Positions 18,918 to 28,143 are shown, numbered from the stretch's first letter. The stretch: 64,000 nt of DNA from an uncultured Nitrospiraceae bacterium (GCA_963730935.1 CAVSTP010000004.1:1632001-1696000), one strand, 5' to 3'. Numbers and translations: made by a program. Notes: a model not told the origin generated them from the sequence alone.

Positions 18918-19909
18918 CGAACCAACCAAAGAAGCGGGTGTTGAGCGGCATGCAGCCCAGCGGCCTCATGCATCTGGGCAATTACCTTGGCGCGCTCCAG
19001 AATTGGAAGCAGCTTCAGGCCGAGCATGAATGTTACTTCTTTGTCGCCGATTGGCATGCGCTCTCGACGAACTATGCCGACACGAGCCGCATCCGAGAAT
19101 ACGTGCGTGAGCTGCTGATCGACTGGTTGGCCGCAGGCATCGATCCGAATCGCTCGGTGGTGTTCATTCAATCACGCGTCCCGGAACATGCCGTCCTGCA
19201 CCTGTTGTTTTCCATGATGATTCCCGTGTCCTGGTTGGAGCGCAACCCGACCTACAAGGAAAAACAGGAGGAGATCAAGGAAAGGGATCTCAGCACCTAT
19301 GGATTCTTGGGCTATCCGGTCCTCCAAGCCGCCGACATCCTCCTGTACAAACCGCATTTCGTTCCGGTAGGGAAAGATCAGCTCCCGCACCTCGAGTTGA
19401 CCCGGGAAGTGGCGAGACGATTTAACGACCTCTATAAGCAGCCGGTATTTCCCGAGCCCAAGGAACATCTCACGAAGTTTCCGAAAGTCCCTGGCACTGA
19501 CGGTCGGAAAATGAGCAAGAGCTACGGCAATACGATCAACCTCTCGGACAGCGAGCCGGTGGTTCGCCAAAAATTGAAGACGATGGTCACGGACCCGGCA
19601 CGGGTGAGACGGATGGATCCCGGCAATCCAGAGCTCTGCCCGGTATTCGACTTCCACAAAATGTTTTCGCCGCTTCCCATCATCGAGCAGATCAACCGCG
19701 AATGCCGTACCGCCGAAATCGGCTGCATCGACTGTAAGAAGCTGGTGGCCGATCGAGTGGTCGACACACTGGCGCCGATCTGGGAGGCGCGGGCGGCCCT
19801 GGTCAGCAACCCTTCGCACATCGAGGAGATCGTGGAGGAAGGCAGCCGGAAGGCCGGCGCCGTGGCAAAGGCCACGCTCCACGAAGCGACCGAGGCCATG
19901 AAGATCTAG
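18914..19909 (+). CDS. trpS: Tryptophan--tRNA ligase
   Basis: SGMQPSGLMHLGNY, YPVLQAADIL, VPVGKDQ, KMSKS. Confidence 0.97.
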   Translation: MTNQPKKRVLSGMQPSGLMHLGNYLGALQNWKQLQAEHECYFFVADWHALSTNYADTSRIREYVRELLIDWLAAGIDPNRSVVFIQSRVPEHAVLHLLFSMMIPVSWLERNPTYKEKQEEIKERDLSTYGFLGYPVLQAADILLYKPHFVPVGKDQLPHLELTREVARRFNDLYKQPVFPEPKEHLTKFPKVPGTDGRKMSKSYGNTINLSDSEPVVRQKLKTMVTDPARVRRMDPGNPELCPVFDFHKMFSPLPIIEQINRECRTAEIGCIDCKKLVADRVVDTLAPIWEARAALVSNPSHIEEIVEEGSRKAGAVAKATLHEATEAMKI

Positions 19910-19935
19910 CCGGTAGGGGAGATCGTTCTTGGGGT

Positions 19936-20232
19936 ATGAAACGGCTGGCCATCATCGTCGTGTTGGGAGGACTTTCAGTAGGGCCGGTGTGGGCCGTCGA
20001 TCCTCCCTGCGATGTGTATCCCCCTGGCAAGCAGGCGCGCTGCATGGAAATCTGGAAGGATCTCTACAGGGAAGACGGTCCGGTCATCGCGCAGTTCGGG
20101 TTAGATCAATTGAAGCGTCGTGAAGAGGGCCAGATTACGGCTGAGCAGCACCTTGCGCAAAATATGGACTTCATCAAGCAGTCGACCCAGAAGCGCCTCA
20201 CCCGGCTGAACGAGCTCATGGCCAAGGAGTAG
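19936..20232 (+). CDS. Small exported hypothetical protein
   Basis: Signal peptide ending VWA; two Cys; fills the gap after trpS. Confidence 0.7.
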   Translation: MKRLAIIVVLGGLSVGPVWAVDPPCDVYPPGKQARCMEIWKDLYREDGPVIAQFGLDQLKRREEGQITAEQHLAQNMDFIKQSTQKRLTRLNELMAKE

Positions 20233-20239
20233 CACTGGC

Positions 20240-20743
20240 TCACAAGTCTTGCGGCTTGGACTTTTCCTCAACCACCCCCGCCGAATTCAGCAGATCCCGC
20301 CCGACGATAATCGGCGCCTTGAAATGAATCGCTAACGCAATGGAATCCGACGAGCGGCTGTCGAAGACTTTGACGTCGCCGCCGTACGCGACGCTCAGCG
20401 CTCCATAATAGGTTCCGCCCTTCAGCGTAATGACCGATTGCGTCACTTTGGCGCCGAGCGTTTCCATAATCGTGTGCATGAGATCATGAGACAAAGGCCT
20501 GTGCAGCTGTTCACCATTCAATGCGCCCTGGATGGACACGGCGACCGTCAGATCGACGAAGATCGGGATCGTCTTGCCTTCCGCCTGCAGGAGCACTACC
20601 GGTCCATGATCGGAGATCCGCACTTTGACGTCGGTGATCGTGACTTGCTCGGGCTGCGATGAGCCCGTTTCCGCGTGCACGACGGGGGAGCCGCAGGCAA
20701 AGGACAGCAGAAACAACATCAACCATCGAGCGCTGGTCCTCAT
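20240..20743 (-). CDS. DUF151/bifunctional nuclease family protein with N-terminal signal
   Basis: PVVLL, IPIFV, RPLSHDL, DSRSSDSIALA; GGAGG SD. Confidence 0.82.
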   Translation of the reverse strand: MRTSARWLMLFLLSFACGSPVVHAETGSSQPEQVTITDVKVRISDHGPVVLLQAEGKTIPIFVDLTVAVSIQGALNGEQLHRPLSHDLMHTIMETLGAKVTQSVITLKGGTYYGALSVAYGGDVKVFDSRSSDSIALAIHFKAPIIVGRDLLNSAGVVEEKSKPQDL

Positions 20744-20764
20744 AGTAGTGACCTCCTGATCCGT

Positions 20765-21403
20765 TCATGCACGGACGAATTGATTCCTCTCCTTTTCCCA
20801 CCCGATTTCCGTCTCGGGGCCATGTCCCGTCACGACGAGCGTCGAATCATCGAGGGTGTACAAACGGTCACGGATGGAGCGCTCGATCGCGTCGAAATCC
20901 CCTCCCCAGAGATCGGTTCGGCCGATGCTGCCGCGGAACAGGGTATCGCCGGCCAAGACGACACCGCCTTCCGGGACATGAAAACTCATGGAACCCGGCG
21001 TATGGCCAGGCGTATGCAGAGCGATCGCTGTCACCTGGCCGACCGGCACCTTCTCTTCGTCCGTGAGCCAGTAGTCCGGCGGTGGAACGGGCGCGTACGG
21101 GACTCCAAACGCCCGGCACTGCATCTCGAGCATGTCCCAGAGCTCACGATCGTCCTCGTGCAGGCATAAGGCGGCGCCGGTGGCATTTTTCATTTCGCCC
21201 GAGGCGAGAAAGTGATCAAAATGGGCATGAGTGTGAAGAAGCTTCGTCACGGTCAACCCGAGCTCTCGCACCTCACGGAGGATCCGTTCGGCTGCGCCTC
21301 CAGGGTCCACGACGATGGCCTGTTTGCTCACGAGATCGCCGATGATCGAGCAATTGCAGCCGAGCGGCGGCACCGAAAACGTTTTGCGGATCAGTCCTCG
21401 CAT
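20765..21403 (-). CDS. MBL-fold metallo-hydrolase (glyoxalase II-like)
   Basis: THAHFDH, TPGHTPGS, GDTLFRGSIGRTDL, GHG. Confidence 0.92.
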   Translation of the reverse strand: MRGLIRKTFSVPPLGCNCSIIGDLVSKQAIVVDPGGAAERILREVRELGLTVTKLLHTHAHFDHFLASGEMKNATGAALCLHEDDRELWDMLEMQCRAFGVPYAPVPPPDYWLTDEEKVPVGQVTAIALHTPGHTPGSMSFHVPEGGVVLAGDTLFRGSIGRTDLWGGDFDAIERSIRDRLYTLDDSTLVVTGHGPETEIGWEKERNQFVRA

Positions 21404-21476
21404 TGGGAAACATGCTAACGCTAGTTCGTCCCGTCTGCAACCGATCAGAGGTCGGGATCAAGGAAGGAAGCCGCGC

Positions 21477-22142
21477 TTATTGTGTCCGAGCCGCCCACAC
21501 CAGCTCGCTGTCAAAAATGCCCCAGCGCGACCCAGATGAGCGAAGCCAGACGGCGAAGCCGGCACCGCTCCCGTCGGGCCGGTTGTATTCGACATAGATG
21601 AAGGCATGTTCGCGCCCAAAGCTATAGGCGACACGCGAAAAGCTCAATCGATCAAGAACGGCCGGCGGTTCATCGAGCGGCCCCTCCTGCAACTGCTGCG
21701 GCATCCCCACCGACACCGGCAGAGGCGCCAGCGAGGTCTCCTGTTGCTCGGCCCCATTGCCCGACACGAAGCGATAGCGCACGCCGAAGCCGAAATGCCC
21801 TTCAAGTTGCGAGGGCGTCAGGTTTTTGAAAAGAAAATCCCGCACCAGGTCGATCGGAAGGCGGCCATCGAAGATTTCATATTCCTGAAACGTCTCGAGA
21901 CGAAGTGGCCCCTGCTGCTCGGGATGCAGCCGTGTCAGCGTGGTACGCTCGAGCACGACCAGTTTGGATTCGGGAGTGAGAAATTTTTCGTCGACGACAA
22001 GATCGTAGAGAGGATAGTCCTCCAGCGGCACAGGCGGAGGGCTGTCGGGCGGCGGCTCAGCTGGCGCGGCGGGAGGAGGGCCAGTCAAGGATGCGCTGAT
22101 GAACGTGAACGTGAGGGCCCATGCGCAGAGAGTGCGCCGCAT
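21477..22142 (-). CDS. Exported hypothetical protein
   Basis: Signal peptide and Pro-rich linker; fills the gap; promoter-like motif directly upstream. Confidence 0.65.
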   Translation of the reverse strand: MRRTLCAWALTFTFISASLTGPPPAAPAEPPPDSPPPVPLEDYPLYDLVVDEKFLTPESKLVVLERTTLTRLHPEQQGPLRLETFQEYEIFDGRLPIDLVRDFLFKNLTPSQLEGHFGFGVRYRFVSGNGAEQQETSLAPLPVSVGMPQQLQEGPLDEPPAVLDRLSFSRVAYSFGREHAFIYVEYNRPDGSGAGFAVWLRSSGSRWGIFDSELVWAARTQ

Positions 22143-22240
22143 GTGCGAAGGATAGCCCGCCCGTTACGAGGCGGTCAATGACGCGGACAGCCAATTTACG
22201 ATGGACAAGAGGTCTGGAAGCATGGATAATCCGTCAACCC

Positions 22241-22969
22241 ATGTGGCAGCGTCCGGGTAGTTCCATCGTTCTTCTCTTCCTGTTGCCGGCGCTTCTTGCC
22301 CTCTCCGCCTGCAAACCGGATGATACACCCTTCAGAGCTGAGAACGACGCGCTCAAAAAGCAGCTCGCCAGACAAGAGTCCCTCGTCACGTCGCTGCAGG
22401 ACGGCAACAAGGTCATGCAGCAACAGATCGATCTGCTGAATCAGGAAATCCGCGACGCCAAGAAGGCGGCCGACAGCGCAAAGGCCGAAGCCAAATCCGC
22501 GGCAGAGCAGCTCGATCATCAGTTGGTCCAGGCGCGCAAATTGACGGCGGACATCAAGAAAACAGCCCTCGAAGAGGCGGCTCAGAACATCCACATCGAA
22601 CAGAAGGGCGCGCAGTTCGAAGACCTCCCGCGGCCCTTGAACGCGGTGACGAAAACCGTCGAAGAGGCGTTGGCCCGCAACGGATACCAAGTCAGAGTCA
22701 GCATCAAAGCCGATCACAAGGCCGTCATCGTGACGGACCGCAAGATCTCGAATCCTGTCTCGCTGGAGGTCGCCGGATTTCGGAACCAGTATGTGATCGC
22801 CGTTCAAGCCCAACCCTTGAATGTCACACGCCTAAGCGTGAAGGCTGAATTCGAAAAGTTGGCGCAGGGCGGACGGGTTCTGAGCGTCAGTGCGGAAGAA
22901 ACCGCGGAAATCGAGCGCCGTCTAATCGGCGAAGTCAGCAAAGCCCTCGCCGCTCCCAGTAAAACCTAA
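22241..22969 (+). CDS. Coiled-coil lipoprotein of unknown function
   Basis: Lipobox LSAC, heptad-rich region; abuts the next gene. Confidence 0.7.
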   Translation: MWQRPGSSIVLLFLLPALLALSACKPDDTPFRAENDALKKQLARQESLVTSLQDGNKVMQQQIDLLNQEIRDAKKAADSAKAEAKSAAEQLDHQLVQARKLTADIKKTALEEAAQNIHIEQKGAQFEDLPRPLNAVTKTVEEALARNGYQVRVSIKADHKAVIVTDRKISNPVSLEVAGFRNQYVIAVQAQPLNVTRLSVKAEFEKLAQGGRVLSVSAEETAEIERRLIGEVSKALAAPSKT

Positions 22970-23878
22970 ATGTTCCGCGCCCTCATCTGGGTCGCGGTGT
23001 TTGCCATGCTGATCATCGGCGCAAGCCGAACCGAAGGCGCAAACAGCCCCAAGCCGTCGCCAGAACTGTCGAGGCACCTCTCGCGCATCGCCGCGCTGGC
23101 GCAGCCTGTTCCCACCGTCACGATTCCCGCCGGCGAGTTTATCCTCGGCAGCAAGCGAATCGACGATGATCCCTACGGCCTGTGGACGCAGTTCGACGAT
23201 ACCGAACTCCCGCAGCAACGCGTCTGGCTCGATGAGTTTGCGATGGATCGCGACGAAGTGAGCCTGGGTGAGTATCTGGCCTACCTCGTCCGAAAAAAGC
23301 AGTATCCCCCCGAAGCATTGCAAAAACTGATCTGGCACGTGATCACCGTGCATGCGATGTCGGATCAGACACTGACGCGCTGGCCGTCCCTCTATGTGAC
23401 CTGGCACGAGGCGGTGGGATTTTGCACGTCACAGGGAAAGCGCTTGCCGACCGAAGCGGAGTGGGAAAAAGCCGCGCGGGGGCCGAACGGTCTGCTGTTC
23501 CCATGGGGCGATACCGCCCCAGACAGTGAGCGGGCGATGTTCGGCCAGCATCACGTCCACGAGATCCCGATCCTAGCCGCCGTGGATGCTCTTGCTCCTG
23601 GCCGAAGTCCCTATGGCCTCCACCACATGGCCGGCAACGTGGCGGAGTGGGTGCAGGATTGGTTTGGACTCGACTATTACGCCTACATGCCGGGCAGAAA
23701 TCCCGCCGGACCGACGAGCGGCCGTTACAAGGGCGTGCGCGGCGGATCCTGGAAGAGCAAAATCATCATGCTTCGCACCGCGACCCGCAGCGGCTTCAGT
23801 GCGGATCAGCGCTCGGCCACCATCGGCTTTCGCTGCGCGCAATCATCCGTCACAAACGGAGGACCGGGACGACCCTGA
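22970..23878 (+). CDS. FGE-sulfatase (SUMF1) domain protein
   Basis: IPAGEFILGS, RLPTEAEWEKAARG, MAGNVAEW, RGGSW, GFRCA. Confidence 0.9.
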   Translation: MFRALIWVAVFAMLIIGASRTEGANSPKPSPELSRHLSRIAALAQPVPTVTIPAGEFILGSKRIDDDPYGLWTQFDDTELPQQRVWLDEFAMDRDEVSLGEYLAYLVRKKQYPPEALQKLIWHVITVHAMSDQTLTRWPSLYVTWHEAVGFCTSQGKRLPTEAEWEKAARGPNGLLFPWGDTAPDSERAMFGQHHVHEIPILAAVDALAPGRSPYGLHHMAGNVAEWVQDWFGLDYYAYMPGRNPAGPTSGRYKGVRGGSWKSKIIMLRTATRSGFSADQRSATIGFRCAQSSVTNGGPGRP

Positions 23879-23977
23879 GGGAGTCCAGTTCTCAAATTGC
23901 CGGATTGCTTGGTCGCTGGCCTGTGCCGTGATACGTTGGCGTGGGATCTTCACCGCATGCATCCGCCTGACGTCTCC

Positions 23978-24646
23978 ATGAGCCGAATGGTGCTGATCGG
24001 ATTCATCGTCGCTCTCGCGACGTTGGTCGGCTGCGCCACACCCACCGAAGATCGCCTGCACCGAACCGGCGTCGGTCCCTCCTGCTGTAAGTCGGTTGAG
24101 GCGTCGTCTCGCCGGGCCGCCATTGTCCGGACGGCTTCCAAGCTGGTCGGAGCGACCACCATCCAAGCCAACGGCAAACGCATTAGCTATGATTGCGCCG
24201 GGGTGACCCGCGCCATCTACCTCGAGCATGGCATCGATCTCTACGACAGCGGTACGCCAGACGCGAAGGCGAACGGAGTCAGGCTCATCCACCATCACAT
24301 CAGCCGGCATGGCAAATTGCACCAGGGTCCAGTTGTCCGTCCGGGAGATCTGGTGTTCTTCGACAACACCTGGGATTACAACAACGATGGCCTCGTCAAC
24401 GACCCCCTGACCCATGTCGGGATCGTCGAGCGCCAGGAGCAGGATGGCACCGTCATTTTTATCAGCCGTGTCGCTGGCGCCATAGAGCGGTACCGGATGA
24501 ACCTCGCCCTTCCCCACGTCCATCGCACCGCAGAGGGGCGGATCCTCAACGACTATATCCGCCGGAAAGACCTCGGCGATTCCGCTCATACCGCCTATCT
24601 GACGGGTCAGTTATTTGCCGGTTTCGGCAGCCAAAACGGCCTTTAG
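23978..24646 (+). CDS. NlpC/P60 family lipoprotein (cell-wall peptidase)
   Basis: Lipobox LVGC, DCAG, PGDLVFF, THVGIV. Confidence 0.82.
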   Translation: MSRMVLIGFIVALATLVGCATPTEDRLHRTGVGPSCCKSVEASSRRAAIVRTASKLVGATTIQANGKRISYDCAGVTRAIYLEHGIDLYDSGTPDAKANGVRLIHHHISRHGKLHQGPVVRPGDLVFFDNTWDYNNDGLVNDPLTHVGIVERQEQDGTVIFISRVAGAIERYRMNLALPHVHRTAEGRILNDYIRRKDLGDSAHTAYLTGQLFAGFGSQNGL

Positions 24647-24750
24647 CGTCCTGCCCTCCAGCCACGGTCAAGCAGTTTTGCGTATCCGCGCTATACTTGA
24701 ATCGTCTCTTTATTGGCCATCGTGTATCGAGATTTACCCGAGGAGGTTGT

Positions 24751-24915
24751 ATGGCGAAGACAGCGACCTATTGCAGCGAGTGCTATAACAAGGTCGGACG
24801 AGTGGAGGATGCGCAGGTCAAAGCGGCGGAAGCGTCTGGACAAACGCCCATGACTGGTCAAGGCACCTGCTGCAAGTGCAACAAGGCGACCGTCGTCGTC
24901 TATTACGAAAGCTGA
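24751..24915 (+). CDS. 54-aa Cys-rich small protein (putative zinc ribbon)
   Basis: AGGAGG SD before the ATG at 24751; CSEC...CCKC. The ORF track shows it only as the tail of a spurious longer ORF. Confidence 0.75.
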   Translation: MAKTATYCSECYNKVGRVEDAQVKAAEASGQTPMTGQGTCCKCNKATVVVYYES

Positions 24916-24954
24916 GCGCCATCCACCGGAGCGGAAGCGGGACACTCATTCGCT

Positions 24955-25290
24955 TCAAGCGTGGCCCCCCTCCTCCGTTTCCTCAAACTCGTTGATCAGT
25001 TCTTCCAGTTCATCGAGTTCATCCGGCCGGACATTTTCGAATTCAACGCCAAAGGTCTGTTCTTCCACCCACCGCACCTTTGCCTCGGGGATCGACACCG
25101 GCGACTCCGCCCCAGGGACAACCAGACGAACCATGATCGTCTTGCCGGGGAACACCGCCAAATCGCTTTCAAATCTAGCCCCGCCGAGGGAGAGATCAAG
25201 CGTCTGCCCTTCGATCTCATGCGAGTTTCCCAATAAGAATCCCTGAATATGAAGAGGCACGCGCCGATGTCTCCGTCGCTCCATTGGCAT
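24955..25290 (-). CDS. Stand-alone PilZ domain protein
   Basis: RRHRR (RxxxR) and DLSLGG (DxSxxG) c-di-GMP motifs; GGAGGG SD. Confidence 0.88.
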   Translation of the reverse strand: MPMERRRHRRVPLHIQGFLLGNSHEIEGQTLDLSLGGARFESDLAVFPGKTIMVRLVVPGAESPVSIPEAKVRWVEEQTFGVEFENVRPDELDELEELINEFEETEEGGHA

Positions 25291-25419
25291 CCCTCCATGC
25301 GATTACGGTCCTAGAGAATACCGCGGTTGAACCCTGAAATCATCTCCGGACTTCGGTCGGAAGCCTCTCGTTACATTCCGGCACTGGCCGATTCACACAG
25401 GCCTGCTACACTTGAAGAT

Positions 25420-25851
25420 ATGAGAGCCTCACCAGAGTCGACCGCCCTCGTTCCCGTGGATCCCCGCAGGCGCATCGTGTGCTCAGTTCGAGAGAGTCTC
25501 GTCACACTTCACGGCGCCCTGATTATTGCCGAGCAACACACTTATGAACGCATCAGCGGTCCGGTTCCATCCATAGATGTCCTGATTGACCTTCTGCAAA
25601 AAGATCCCTGGTTCACCTGGCTACACCCGATCGCGGATCTGCTCGTACGCATGGACCACCTGCTCGAGGATGATACCTGTGACATCACCGATGAGAACGT
25701 CGCCCATCTCATGCATGAGGTTGATGCGTTGCTTCATCCGTCGGTGGAAGGGGAAGGCTTTGAACGAGCCTATTATGAAGCGTTGGATCGAGCCCCCGAC
25801 GTTGTGCTCGCACACTTTCGCGTGAGAAAGCTGTTGCCGAAAGCTGCATAG
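25420..25851 (+). CDS. Hypothetical protein, paralogue of 26333..26752
   Basis: Shares LHxALIIAEQxTYERIxG, DPWFTWLHP and GxGFERxYYEAL with the downstream copy. Confidence 0.8.
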   Translation: MRASPESTALVPVDPRRRIVCSVRESLVTLHGALIIAEQHTYERISGPVPSIDVLIDLLQKDPWFTWLHPIADLLVRMDHLLEDDTCDITDENVAHLMHEVDALLHPSVEGEGFERAYYEALDRAPDVVLAHFRVRKLLPKAA

Positions 25852-25899
25852 CCGGCCGGCGCTTGTTATGATGACAGGCAACTTCGCAAGGAGGTTGCC

Positions 25900-26262
25900 A
25901 TGGGCGCCCGAAAGTTCGCAGGAATCGTTGGTGCGGCCGTGCTGCTGACTGCCGGCTTCTCGCAGGCTGGCAACGCAGGTCGCGTCGAACCGCTCGACGG
26001 CACGCAAGGCGTCACACGTTCGGCGAACGACCAGGGGACTTCTTCTGAACACGGTCCGCTTTCTCATGGCGGCTCTCAGCTCCCGGCTCTTGGCGTGCCT
26101 CCCGGCGATCCGTCACCTCGGACGACGACACCGTTCGGAGGACCCTTGCCGCCGAACCAGTTGACACCGGCTCCCGTGCTTCCCTTCAATCCCAACCGGT
26201 CGCTCATGCCCTCTCCCTCCACGTCTCCTCCATATTCCGGCAGCGGACGTCTTGGCCGCTGA
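25900..26262 (+). CDS. Exported Pro-rich hypothetical protein
   Basis: AGGAGG SD, signal peptide ending SQA, low-complexity body. Confidence 0.65.
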   Translation: MGARKFAGIVGAAVLLTAGFSQAGNAGRVEPLDGTQGVTRSANDQGTSSEHGPLSHGGSQLPALGVPPGDPSPRTTTPFGGPLPPNQLTPAPVLPFNPNRSLMPSPSTSPPYSGSGRLGR

Positions 26263-26332
26263 TCGCGCTGGTTCGATGAGCCTTTTCACAGAGAGAGATC
26301 ACATTTTCCGTTCCACCTGATACAATAAAGTC

Positions 26333-26752
26333 ATGACGGGACCATCAACTGAAGCCCGGGAAGGCCTAAGGCGCATGCTGATGGAGGTGCGGCGGGGCCT
26401 GCTGGGCTTGCACAAAGCACTCATCATTGCGGAGCAGCTCACCTACGAACGCATTAATGGCCGCGTCGGCTCGACCGGCCAGCTGCTCCAGTTAGTGCTG
26501 AACGATCCCTGGTTTACTTGGCTGCACCCGTTGTCGCAGCTCGTCATTCGCGTGGATGAGTTGCTGGATGAAGGCGAGGAACTGACGACCGTCGAAGTGG
26601 AACATTTTCTTGCCGACGTGCGCGCCTTGATTCGGCCTTCCGAGGAAGGTGATGGATTCGAACGCAGCTATTATGAGGCTCTGCAGCGGGAACCCGACGT
26701 CATTTTCGCACACGTGGAGGTGAAGAAACTCGTCACCAAGGCAGCGGCCTGA
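26333..26752 (+). CDS. Hypothetical protein, paralogue of 25420..25851
   Basis: Same conserved blocks as 25420..25851; followed by a hairpin. Confidence 0.82.
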   Translation: MTGPSTEAREGLRRMLMEVRRGLLGLHKALIIAEQLTYERINGRVGSTGQLLQLVLNDPWFTWLHPLSQLVIRVDELLDEGEELTTVEVEHFLADVRALIRPSEEGDGFERSYYEALQREPDVIFAHVEVKKLVTKAAA

Positions 26753-26773
26753 ACAAACGCTGGCTCCTAGGAG

Positions 26774-26808
26774 ACAGGCGGCCGGTTCCCTGTGAACCGG
26801 CCGCCTGT
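26774..26808. terminator. Hairpin between convergent genes
   Basis: ACAGGCGGCCGGTTC-CCTGT-GAACCGGCCGCCTGT, a perfect 15-bp stem; no long U tract. Confidence 0.65.
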
Positions 26809-26822
26809 GCTGTGTTCACGAC

Positions 26823-27095
26823 CTACCGATTTCCATGTTTCTTGCTGGTCTTCTTCGCGTGTCCCTTGGCTTTTCCCTTTCCTTTGCCCTGGCTTACCTT
26901 CCCTGCCTTGTCGGCCTTCTTTTCCTCACTCATACTCGGCGCCTGAGCCGGTGCTTGTGCAGGCGGCGGCGTCATCTCCTGAGTGGGCGCAGGCATCTGG
27001 GCAGGAGCTTCTTCACTCAAGGGAGCCTGCGCGAACGCCGTGGCGAATACAGTAAAGACTGCAGCAGCGGTCAGAGCGGAAATGGTCTTCTTCAT
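26823..27095 (-). CDS. Small exported low-complexity protein (Pro/Ala, then Lys-rich tail)
   Basis: GAGGAGG SD; MKKTISALTAAAVF...AFA signal peptide; APAQ repeats; Lys-rich C-terminus. Confidence 0.8.
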   Translation of the reverse strand: MKKTISALTAAAVFTVFATAFAQAPLSEEAPAQMPAPTQEMTPPPAQAPAQAPSMSEEKKADKAGKVSQGKGKGKAKGHAKKTSKKHGNR

Positions 27096-27168
27096 CCTAT
27101 CCTCCTCGTGATTTTCCAGAGCGGGGGCCAATCCCTCGCGATGGGGCGCCACACGGGAGAGCAAGAGA

Positions 27169-27183
27169 GCAAACCAGGTGCCA
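27169..27183 (-). promoter_or_regulatory. sigma54 (-24/-12) promoter
   Basis: Minus strand TGGCAC-CTGGT-TTGC matches TGGCAC-N5-TTGC exactly, about 75 nt upstream of the ATG at 27095. Confidence 0.75.
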
Positions 27184-27342
27184 GTTCCACTGTAATGACC
27201 AACCCTTGGTTCTATAGGCACTTCTCCCCTCTCTGTGGTCAAAGGACGCCCGCAACTGTACCCCCCGCGCAGCAACAGGGATACACTCGCGGCCATTTTC
27301 AATTCCCCATGGTGTTTCCCCGCGGCCGGAGGAATGAGGCCA

Positions 27343-28083
27343 TTACTCATCGCCACCGGAAGACGCGTCATCGTAATACTTTTCCCGAAAAATCGGACAG
27401 AGGCCCTTCGCTTGGATGATACGCGTGACTTCTGTGATCATTCCGCTGTTTCCGCAGAGATAGACGGCCAACCGCTTCACGTCGTGTAAGTCTCGTTCCA
27501 CCAGCGTCGTCACTCTTCCGGAGGGTCCATCCCATCCAGGTTCGGGCCGTGAAAGCGTGATGATGTGCGAGTTTCCCGGCAGGTCACGGCTCAAGCGTGT
27601 CAGTTCATCCTGATAATACAGATCGCGCTGGCCGCGAAGTCCCCAAAACAATGTCGTCCGACTTGGCACTGATCGTTCCGCGTTGGCGAAGAGCATTGAA
27701 CGAAACGGGGCAATGCCGGTTCCGGTGGCGACGAACAATAAGTCGCGGGTAGGATCCTCCCGCAAATAAAAGTTCCCTGCCGGCCCGGCAAGCCTGGTGT
27801 CGTCCCCTTCTCGCAGTCCGAAGAGGTAGGTCGATCCAGGTCCATGAGGAACCAGGTTGAGAAGCAACGAAATCGTCTGAGTGGAGCTTGGTGGGGACAC
27901 GATCGAGTAAGGTCTGGTGACCGTTCGGCCGGTTCTGGGATCGGGGACGTCGAACGAAACGAACTGACCGGCCTTGAACCGGATCTCAGGCGGCTCGATC
28001 AGCCGCAAGTCGATCTGCCGGACATCGTGCGTGAGCTGACGGACGGCGGCGACTTTTGCACTGAAGCGATGGATGGACGCCAC
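27343..28083 (-). CDS. FAD/NAD(P)-binding oxidoreductase (ferredoxin-NADP reductase-like)
   Basis: FKAGQF, RPYSIVS, GPGSTYL, ATGTGIAPFRSM, YLCG. Start uncertain (GTG 28083 or TTG 28104). Confidence 0.88.
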   Translation of the reverse strand: MASIHRFSAKVAAVRQLTHDVRQIDLRLIEPPEIRFKAGQFVSFDVPDPRTGRTVTRPYSIVSPPSSTQTISLLLNLVPHGPGSTYLFGLREGDDTRLAGPAGNFYLREDPTRDLLFVATGTGIAPFRSMLFANAERSVPSRTTLFWGLRGQRDLYYQDELTRLSRDLPGNSHIITLSRPEPGWDGPSGRVTTLVERDLHDVKRLAVYLCGNSGMITEVTRIIQAKGLCPIFREKYYDDASSGGDE

Positions 28084-28143
28084 AGGTCGTGTCCCTAAAA
28101 ACAACCCATTCTACCAAGAGCGGTGTGAGGCAGGGAGGGAATG

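Noticed and set aside
20765..21403. Metallo-beta-lactamase resistance gene
   Set aside because: No signal peptide; motifs match cytoplasmic glyoxalase II-like hydrolases.
24193..24750. Upstream part of the 240-aa ORF 24193..24915
   Set aside because: Overlaps NlpC/P60 in another frame; only the last 54 codons have an SD and protein-like composition.
27096..27342. Possible riboswitch in the long intergenic region
   Set aside because: No recognisable aptamer consensus (including c-di-GMP types); the sigma54 promoter explains the spacing.
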